DNA of 64,000 nt from the human T2T-CHM13v2.0 reference genome, Homo sapiens, in NCBI RefSeq assembly GCF_009914755.1, contig NC_060935.1. One strand, given 5' to 3'. The position numbers and the translations under genes are program-made. Position 1 is the stretch's first letter; each line of letters begins with the position of its first letter. Positions 54,501-64,000 of the stretch are shown piece after piece. The notes beneath the pieces were generated by a model. The model saw nothing but the letters and a program-made list of their open reading frames with translations, was not told where the DNA came from and did not search any database.

Positions 54501-56089
54501 TAGGCAGAAGATGGGGGCTGGTAGGGGGGAGGTATCCATCGTGGCATCTACTACTCCAGATTGGAGTTGCTGAGTTTGGAGAAGTTGCAACCATTATTTA
54601 GAACTCTTGGAGATATCACTGGAATACTAATGAAGAAGGCAAAGGAAATCCCTTAGGATAATTTCAGGGTTGTCTGTGAAGAACATAAACAATATGATAG
54701 ATAATAGAGTGATAACATTTGAACTGATAATTTTTTAAAGTATATAATAGAAGAATATTTGCATAATATCTCTGGAGATTGGAGAGAAATGAAATGTGTC
54801 AAACAGAAGGAACTGGATATGATGTCAGCAGCCTTTCGTCCCACTGTTCTCTCCTCTCTAGACTGTCTTCCATTTGGCTGTCCAAGCAATAGCACTAAAA
54901 TATAAACCTGGCCATGCCACTTCCTACATAAAGCCATTCAGAGACTGTAGTCACTTCCATTCAGGAAAATATTCACCCGCTTAGCACAACCCATGGGACC
55001 TCACTGATGTGATCCCTGCCTTCTCCAGCTTCAATTCTGTGCTCATTACCCACTCCCCGACTCCCTCCCCTGACCCTGTGACCCTTGACTCTGGTCCTAC
55101 TGAACTGTTTACCTATAAAGAACATGTTCTTTAAAGACTGTACATTTGTACACACTGTTCCCTTGACCTGGAATACTTTTTTTTAGTTTTATTTTTCTTT
55201 CTTAAGTCATCAAGACTAAATCTAAGGGTCTTCTGGGAAGACCTACTCAAGCAGAATTAATTACTACACCCCTCCTTTCCCTACCTGCTCCTTCATGCAC
55301 TCACTATAACCAATGTAGTTGGCCCTTATTAGCATTTGCAGGTTTAAATTCCAAATATTATCAAGCAAATGGAACATCCATTACATATAAAAATTTGGTA
55401 ATTTTGTAGGACTCCAGTTTGGATTACATCTGCTGGGAGGTAGGTTTCTAGGAAGTGGTCAATAGTTGTTGAGGGAACTTAGTCAACCATCCAGCATCTG
55501 CCTCTCAGTGTGATTTGTCCTCTGTGCTTGTGGTCATGTGGGCAGCAATCTCATGGAGGGATGAAACACTTGGTTTACCCCTACAATGTTACCTAATTAA
55601 CGCTGCACAAATATCTTCTCATTTAACCCCCACAAAATTGCTATGAGTGCTTATTACAATTCCCATTTTTAGAGGTAAGGAAATTGACACTTAAGAGATG
55701 AAATTTTCCCACATTTATACAGCTAGCAAGTGAAGTTAGGACTCAAACACAGATTCTAACCTGACAGAATGAAATAGAGAATAAGAGAACTCAAGTAGCA
55801 CTGGTGATTTCGGAAGTTGGTGAAAAGGGATAAAGACTATGAAGACATTTTTAAAATGTGATTACTCTTAGCTTTTAAATGGTTTTGAATAAATTAAACA
55901 GTGGGGAAAATTGTTAGAGAAGAATTTGCAAATTCAGGAATTCTTGATGGTCTCATGACAAATTTTCTGGACACAGATCTTTAGGCACAGCCCTAAATGT
56001 TGAAAACCTATTCTTCTATGGCCTCCCATCACTAAACTTGAAAAGCAATCCACAGACTCCACGTCTTTGGGCAGAGTGGATCCCATTTC

Positions 56090-57000
56090 TTTCTTTTGTG
56101 TTTCTGGGCCACCGTGGTTGCCTGGTTCTCCTCCCGCCTCACTGGAGTCTCTTTCTCGGTCCCCTTTGCTGGTTCTTCCTTATCTCTCCAGCCTCTACAT
56201 GCCAGAGTACTTAGGGCCTCCCTTGGTCTACTCTCTGTCTCTATATTCTTCTTTGATGATGTCTTATCCCAGTCTCCAGGCTTAATTTTTCCCTATATGC
56301 TGACAATGTCCGTGAACTCCAAACAGCAATATCCATGTAGATGATCTAATAGACGTCTCAAATGTGAAATGTCTCCAACGTTCTATCTTCTCCTTCAAAC
56401 CTCATTTTCAGCTTTGTACAGCTTAGTTGATGACAACTCTATCCTTCCAGTTGCTTAGACAAAAACCCTGGAGTCTTCCTTAACTCCTTTCTTTCCCTTA
56501 TGCTTCACATCCAATCTTCCAGGAAATTCTGTTAGCTCTAACTTCAACATCTCTGTAGAATATAGCCACTTTTCACCATTGCTACCCTAGATCAAATAAA
56601 CCTCATGTCTCTCCTGGACTATACAAGCACATCCTAATTCATTTTCTTTTTTTCAACACTTGCCACAAACCCACAAACCCACAAACCCTACTGTCTATTC
56701 TCAAAACAGCAGTCAAAGTGGTGCTTTCAAAACATAGATCATGTCACTTCTTTGTTCAAAAACCTCTTAAGACCTCCATTGTTAAAAATCGCCATATTTC
56801 TCAGAGTAGAAGCCAAAGTCCTTACATCAACTTATAAGGTCCTATGTGATTTTTGCACCCCACATCCTTGCCTACTGATATATCATATATTATTTATTTA
56901 GTAGGCTTATCGTCTCTCTTCTCTTCTAAAGACAGCAAGGATTTTGCTCTGTTTTATTTACTGTGTGTCTCCCACCTAGGAGACATTGGATACTCAAAAA
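56090..57000 (+). mobile_element. L2 fragment
   Basis: 'ggatgtc/agatgatctaatagacgtctcaaa', 'ctatccttccagttgcttagacaaaaaccctggagtc', 'agatcatgtcact'. Confidence 0.75.
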
Positions 57001-58013
57001 GTATTTGTCTAACATTACAGCAGGATGTCGTGAAGTCTGGTCCTTAAAGCATGTATATGATTCTGGACTTCTATCATATGTGTTATGAATACCTTCACTG
57101 AAGTGAGTAAGGTGCAAGAAAATGTGAGAAATAATTTAAGAACAGCATCATTGTCACAGGCTCTTTTGTGATACTGGTTTCCCAAATGGAAAGCTCATTC
57201 TTAATGAAATTTTTTTTCAAATGTGACATCTTTCCAAATTAGTCAGAGAAAACAAACTGACCTCATGCCAATTTTACTTTCGAATGTCAATAGAAAATCA
57301 CCAGTCTGCTGCTTTAAATAGTGGGAGGAGTCAGTAATTGCCTGGGGACCCGAGGGAACAGCATTAGGTGGTGGTGACAACAGATATTGTCTGTCACCAA
57401 GACTATTGATGGAAGACTAAATTCATCAAGATCTGAGTAAAAATTTCTAAGCCCTTTTCTCTTTTCTTAAAAATAACCCAATTTTTCTTTATAGTGCTTT
57501 AGAGTTGGCCACAAGCAGAGGTAAGTTTTGTTTTACACAGTAAATATCTTCCCCAAAAAGCTGCAGATCAACATTCCCTAAATTCATGAATGTAGAATGC
57601 ATGAGGAGAGCTTACTCTTCAAAGGACCCTGAGAGGGGGTTTGGGGGGCAAAGAGAGCTCCTGCTGTGTGCTGGGCTGTGCAGAGCCCCAGTTCTCCCAT
57701 TTCTAAGGAGCCTCCTCACCCCTTCCGTAAAACGGGTTCATGGTATCTAACTCATAGGGTTATTGAGAAGATTATCTGGATATATATGAAAATGATGTAT
57801 AAAGTATAAAGTGATGTCTAAATATTGGTCTATGACTAAGCAGAAAAACATTTTCATAAATCAAAGCACTCCTCTGTAATAATGGGAGTAAATATGTAAA
57901 TATGGGAAATAATCCTCCTATAATTTTTCCACCTTGGAAGTCTGGATTTTTCACATACCAAGCTGGGTCAGATTTCTGTTATCATTGTTGCATTCTTGTT
58001 CTTTAATCACTCT

Positions 58014-58089
58014 TGCAAAAAACCACTTGTACCCCCAAAGCTATTGAAATAATTTTTAAGAGAACTTTTAAAAAGTAAATAAATAAAAA
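58014..58089 (+). mobile_element. Very short L1PB-like 3' stub
   Basis: 'aaaaccacttgtacccc..aagctattgaaata' plus A-rich tail; flanks taatcactct / taatcaccct. Confidence 0.55.
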
Positions 58090-58246
58090 TAATCACCCTA
58101 TCAGCTATGAAAACTGAAAATGTGCCTAGTCAGTTCATCATCTTGCTTCATTGGTCAATTCAAAGATCAGGTATTTCAGGTCAACAATTCCTTTGATGAT
58201 TTTCTGAACTGCCCAAGGCCTTCACCAAATTGCTTAAGTAGGCCAG

Positions 58247-58736
58247 AGTTATGAATTGAGGTATGCCCTCCAAAAAGATATGTTGAGACCTAACCCTCAG
58301 TACCTGTAAGCGTGACCATATTGGAAATAAGATCTTTGCAGATGTAATTAAGTTAAGATGAGGTCATTAGGGTGGGTCCTAATCAAATATGACTGGCGTC
58401 CTTATAAGAAGAGAAGAGACACAAACTCCGATATACACAGAAGGAAGACAATGTGAAGACACATGGGGGAAACACCATGTGGTGACAGAGGCAGAGATGG
58501 GAGTGAAGTGTCCACAAGCCAAGGGATGCCAAGCCTCGCTGGCTACACTGGAAGCTAAGAGAAAGCACGGAACTGATCCTCTGCTAGAGCCATTCTAGAG
58601 AGCACAGCCTTGCTTTTAGATTTGCTTTTAGACCTTGATTCTAGACTTCTGCCTCCAGAAGCAAGAGAGAACAAATTCTGTGTTTAACCACTCAGTTTGT
58701 GGGACTTTGTTACAGCAGCCCTAGTAAACTAACATA
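58247..58736 (+). mobile_element. MLT1C-like MaLR LTR
   Basis: 'ttggaaata..gtctttgcagatgtaattaagttaagatgaggtca', 'tttgttacagcagccctag'. Confidence 0.85.
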
Positions 58737-59207
58737 ACCAGTTAGCTATCCATGTGCACATTTGAGGCAGGCCTGGTTACTGTGATGGAGACTATGGCTT
58801 ATGTCTCTACATTTGATCAATGAACTGCCGAGTCCCTGGTCCTGGTGGAAGACCTATGTAACCTTGAAGTGAGCAGTTTGGGGTGAATGTTCCTGAGTGA
58901 GCAGGTTTCCATCTTCTTTTCATATAATAACTGACTAGCAGTTAACTTCCATATAGAAACAAGATTTCTGTCTTGCTCTTCTAATCCTTTTGTCATTGTT
59001 GTTTTCTTCTACCACTCTCACATTAATTGTAAATGGCTTAAAGAAATCAATTTACTTTTGGTTTATTTTATAATAAATAATTTAAATAATTTAGCATTAT
59101 TTTATAATGATAAATTTGCATTAGTGAAAAAGTTAAAGATGTTTATCTCAACCTCAAAACATGCTGTCAGAGGAACAGTCAGAAAGCAACTTAGCAAACT
59201 TCTAGTC

Positions 59208-59388
59208 CAGTGGTCCACAATTCTGGCTGTACGTTATAACCACATGGAGCCCTTTAAAAATACCAACACCTAGATCCCACCCCTAGTGCTTCTGATTTGA
59301 TTGATACAAGGTGGGGCTTGGGCTTTGGTGTTTTTTTTTTTTAAATGCCCCAGATCATTGTAACTTGTAATCAGGATTGAGAACCAGA
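59208..59388. mobile_element. MER5-type MITE
   Basis: cagtggt start, 'ttctgattt', 'ttgagaacca' end. Confidence 0.65.
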
Positions 59389-61979
59389 GAACTGGTCCAA
59401 CCCTTTCATTTTACAGAAGAGAATGTTGAGGCCAAGAGAGGTTAATGACTTGTCCAGTTCAAACAGCCAAGCTCCCTGCCACTGCATGTGCCATGCTGAC
59501 CCCACAGTAACCTGCCCCTCCTTCACTAGGATAACTCCTGGTCATGAGTCACAGCTTGGCTTAATTGTCCATGCCTCTGTGGGGCCTTTTCTAACCTACC
59601 AGCCCCTAGCCTTCCAGGCCAGGTGGCAGCCTTTCCTCTGTCCCTGTAGCTTTCACAATGACTCCCTTTATCACACAGATTGATTTTTCAGGCTTTCCTC
59701 CTCTAGACTGTGGACTCCTTTGGGGCAAGAAATAGCCATGTGGAGGGAAACTAATAGGAACTTGTTCCAAAGTGCAACAAAGGAGGATTCCAAATCACTT
59801 CCAGTTTCCTAATTCATAAGTAATTCATACTGTCAGATTCATCTCTGCCTGTTACTAGTGTCTCTTGCTTTTTTGCTTGCATTTATTTAATAATGCTTAT
59901 TGAACTTCTGATTATAAAAGTAATTCACACTCATGGTGGGGAATTTGGAAAACATTCACAATTACACAAGTAAAATAAAATTCCCACAGAATCACCACCC
60001 GAGGGCCTGTTATTGATGTGCTTCCTCAATTGATCAAGCATTTATTGAGTACCTATCACATGCCACTTGGTGTCAGAACACTATGTTCAAGCCAGCCCTC
60101 AACCTCAGTGGCTTCACTCTCTTTATTTGTAACATAAGCTCCATGTTTGAAATTTTGTCCTCACAACAACCCCATATAGTAAGTATTATTTCCACACAAG
60201 CAAAAAGAAATTGCCTAGGTTTCTTAGCCTGGTTCCGGGATTAGCACGTAGGTCAGGCTGATGCAAAGCCTGTGCTTGCTCTATTAAGGCTGTTGAATTA
60301 CCAGGCTCTAAAGGCTTGGTCAGTTCAACAGGTCAGATTCTGAGCTCTGATAGTAACCATAAAAACACATGGTTAAGAAACAGTGAGCAGTGCTGTCATG
60401 GACAGCTGCACAGGTTGTGCATTGTCAACCCTGAGAGGCATCACTCACATTAAAGTCTACATGAACAGCTTCGCAGGAGCTGTGTAGTGCCATGGACTCA
60501 GGGATGAGGGTCTGCACTGAGCTGAGGACTGTGTCTCTGGGCTGAGCCTGGAACACCTGCAGGTTATGGAGCAACATGGAGGGTTAAATTGCCTCAGGTA
60601 AGCTGTCAAACCACACTGTGCACTGAGCCACGGAACTGAAATGCCACATGCACACAGGCCTTCTGAAAAGCTCTCTGAAATGCCAGGAGAGAAACAGAAC
60701 AAGAGGGAGAGAGATGAAGGGTAAGCACTTCAAGGCCATTTACCTGTCTCTTGGAAAAGCACTTTCTTTGAGAGGAATTGCTAGTGCAGGATGAGGAAGA
60801 CTCTGCTGGTGGTGGGGAGGAGTAGTGGAGGATTGCTCCTTGGGCCGGCCAGCCTGCAGCAATGGCTTCAAGGCCAAGTTGAAAACTGCTTGGGAAACAT
60901 CCACGCTAGTTCCTGGGCATCCTGGGGGAAGTGAATAAAGCCAAAACAGCTTTCTTCCCAGCGGTGGGGCGGGGTGACCATATCCCCATAGAACTTTGGA
61001 GCAAGGAACAAAGAGCTCTTCTCATAACTCAGAAAAATCATCAGGAGAGAATTGTGAGGACGTAAAATGAGAAAACAACAAAATAAACTTGTAGGAGACA
61101 CAGGATGCTGTTTTAATAATCAACATTGTCACCTTAACAAACCCTAGCATTTCTGTGGCATTTGCAAAGCATTTTCATACACATTTGATCTTCCCAACGA
61201 CTCTGTGAGATTGTTACTACCGCCACTTTACTGATGAGGAAACTCAGGGTCAGCAGGACCTGCGATATGGCCCATACCTATCAAGTGTGGCAGCCAGGGC
61301 TCCTGATAACGCATCTGAGCTCCCTTTGTAGGAGGAAAGTTTCAAAACTCACAGTGGGAAGATGTCCTAGGGCAGTCTTGGAAAGAATGGTTGGGAAGAA
61401 GGCCTGGAAAAGGACTGGTGACTCTTAGCTGGCTGCTCCATCTTTAATCTTGCAGGGAATGGCCTCTTGAACTTTCAAGATCTGACATCTGCCCGCCCTC
61501 CAGAGTCATTACCATCTGTTACCTCTTATTTTTGACACTCTGGACTCCTCCAACCTTAGCCATTATGAGCTGCTACTACTCTGCTTTCCTGAAAGATTAT
61601 CCTTCCAGGTGTTTCCCCTGGTTATTTCCTATTCAGCAGTTGCCTCCTCCAGGGAGCCTGTCATAATCCCCATAATCTGGGTACCCCTTCTCTAAGTTCC
61701 CATAGCTTCCTTTTGCATACTTCCCTCAAAGCAATCATCAATTGGCTATTTGCTTAGCTGTCTTGGTAATCTTGTCAGTGCCACCTCCAACATAGATTTA
61801 CAATTAAATCATTCCACTTCTACTAGTAAAACTCTAGGCTGAGCCATCATCATCTCTCACCTGACAACAGCCTCACCTCAGCTCTTACTTCCTTTAGTCC
61901 GTCCTCCACATGGCTGTCAGAAAGAGCTCTCTGGGTCTAAACGAGAGCATATCACTCTGCTGCTTCAAACCCTCCATTG

Positions 61980-62192
61980 CAGGCAGGAAAACTACAATTG
62001 GTGCACTGAATCTGGCCTGCCACGTGTTTTCATAAATAAAGTTTTATTGCAACACAGCCATGCTCATTTGTTTAAGTATGGTCTGTGGCTGCTTTTGACT
62101 ATAATGGCAAATTGAGTCATTGCCACAGAGACCATTTGACCTGCAGAACCCAAAATATACCTAGCCCTTTACAGAAAAATTTGCTGACTCTT
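61980..62192. mobile_element. MER58A-like hAT MITE
   Basis: 'aaataaagttttattg.aacacagccatgctcatttgttta'. Confidence 0.8.
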
Positions 62193-62325
62193 ATTCTATT
62201 GGCTTGCCATCTGTTTTGGTGATCCACTGTTATGTAACAAACCAACCCAAAGCGCTCTCCCTTTTTACTTCTTCCTACCTATCTCTCAATCTTGATTGAT
62301 TCTGAGGCTGTCCTGAGGATGTGGG

Positions 62326-62665
62326 TGCTATAGATTGAATGTTTATATCCCTCCAAAATGTATATGTTGAAATTCTAACCCCTCCGAGTGATGGTATTAG
62401 GGGGTGGAGCTTTTGGGAGGTGATACCCCATGAACAGGATAAATATCCAGGAGGCCCCAGAGGGCATCCTTCCCCTTCTACAGTGTTGGGACACAGCCAG
62501 AAGGCAGCCGTCTATGAACCAGGAAGCAGGCCCTCTCCAGACACTAAATCAGCCAGTGCCTTGATCTTAGACTTCCTGACCCCAGAACTGAAAAAAACAA
62601 AATTCTGTTGTTTACAAAGCACCCAGTCTATGGTATTCTGTTATAGCAGCTTGTGCAGACTAGGT
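62326..62665 (+). mobile_element. MLT1A0-like MaLR LTR
   Basis: 'tgctat..attgaatgttt...gttgaaattctaacccc', 'aggccctc.ccagacac.aaatc', 'cagtctatggtatt'. Confidence 0.82.
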
Positions 62666-64000
62666 CAGTGGACCTAACTGAGAGCCTGCCTATGGTGTTG
62701 GGTGGGCCACAGGGTTTTGATGGTACTCTGTGGTTGGGGTCTCCACACGCTTCAGATACCTCTGTTAGTCCTAAGACCTCCCCAAGTGTTTGGATTTGTC
62801 CCAAGATGAGCTTGGCATGTAGCGTGGGGGCCCTTACGACTTATAATGGGAGAGTTCCAGGTCCTAACAGTGAGTAGCTCTGCCCACCAATGTTTGTTGA
62901 GTGAAGAATGAACATGAGGGTCAATCCCAGCCTCACCCTGGTCAGAGATTCTCTATCCTGACCCCTGGTATGAGATCCCAGTCTTTTGGCTTCTCCCACT
63001 CGTGCTTGGCCCTTCCTTTCCTGCCCTTGCTGGATGTACCTGTCTGTCTCCTCTCTGTACTGCCCCTTGCACGGGGGAACAGTGAACTCTGCTACTGGAA
63101 ACCTTGGAAAAGGACAGCATATACATATGTACATTGTAGAAGAAGAGAATAAAATGGGTCAGAATATCACCCCAGGCCCTTGCTCCAAAAGATGAACAGT
63201 TTCTTTCTCCTTCGAAAAATCTACTCAGTAAGGCATAAAGCAGAAGAAACCTGGCAATTCTATTTGAAATAGAATCCTCTTCCCAAATTACCATATTTCC
63301 AATTAGAACCACATCTTCCCCCTGGCCTCTGCCCCCTTGCTCTCTCTTCTGTGCAAAGCTGTAGTGGGGAAATGTGGATTCCACTGATTAAAAGGAGCCT
63401 GTGATGGGCCTGCCACCAGTGGGTTCTGAAGAGACACATCCAATTAAAACAGACAACATTTTCAAAGACCCTAGTCAGCATTTCATCTCCTCAGCACTTT
63501 CTCCAACATGTCAGTGTTACCTGTGGCAGTTCTTCTCGCCCCCCGGCCCCCAGCCCCCTGGCAACATGAAATTTAGGTCAGTAACTGCATAATCCACAAA
63601 AGCAACCCTGGTTGCCTCCTCTCCCTCCTCCCACCTTGGGAGTTGTATGTTTGGAAATACATAACTGGCCCAGTCATTTCCCCCCAGCAGACTTCAGGGT
63701 CTGGGGTGGGAACTCAAGCCTGGCAATGCTGGGAGGCTGATGGCACCTGTGATGAGACAGAGACTGAAACTGATGATGTGATTCAAGAATGAAATAAAGC
63801 CCAGCTCCCACCCAGGGGGCCAGCTGAGCTGTCTCATTGTAACATTAAACTCTATACTCTACCTTGCAAATCAACTGTGTGACCTGGGAGAGCCACTAAC
63901 CCACTCAGGGCCCAGGTTTTCATCCATGAGATGGGGTGAGCTGGCTGAACCTCTAAGCCTCCCCTGCTGCTCTAGTGCCAATACTTCTCTGCTTTCACAG

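Noticed and set aside
57372-57399. Inverted repeat tggtgaca...tgtcacca
   Set aside because: An 8-bp stem is expected by chance in 64 kb

Overview
Primate, almost certainly human, genomic DNA (it carries a human-specific AluYb8/Yb9-type element). Positions 2492-16467 hold the last seven exons of PIWIL4 (HIWI2, piRNA-pathway Argonaute) on the + strand, rebuilt here by splice sites and reading phase. They encode the MID/PIWI C-terminus, ending ...LANHLFYL*, followed by a 3' UTR and AATAAA. The encoded nuclease tetrad reads D-D-A-H instead of D-E-D-H, and one intron is a non-canonical GC-AG intron. The remaining ~48 kb has no recognisable cellular CDS and is dominated by retroelements: a full-length THE1A (- strand), an old L1 with nested insertions, a young two-LTR HERV-H provirus (LTR7/LTR7up-like, 36635-42346, +), an old two-LTR ERV1 provirus with a tRNA-Arg PBS (MER84/PABL-like, 45041-52565, +), and many solo LTRs, Alus, MIR, L2 and MER DNA transposons. 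Most ORFs in the supplied track are repeat-derived noise. I cannot demonstrate a wholly new system. The best leads are the degenerate PIWIL4 active site, the LTR7-driven HERV-H, a splice acceptor plus strong-Kozak 52-aa myristoylatable Gag-MA micro-ORF in the downstream ERV, and the strand bias of ERVs next to a piRNA gene. Repeat subfamily names are from recalled consensus sequences and need RepeatMasker/Dfam confirmation.
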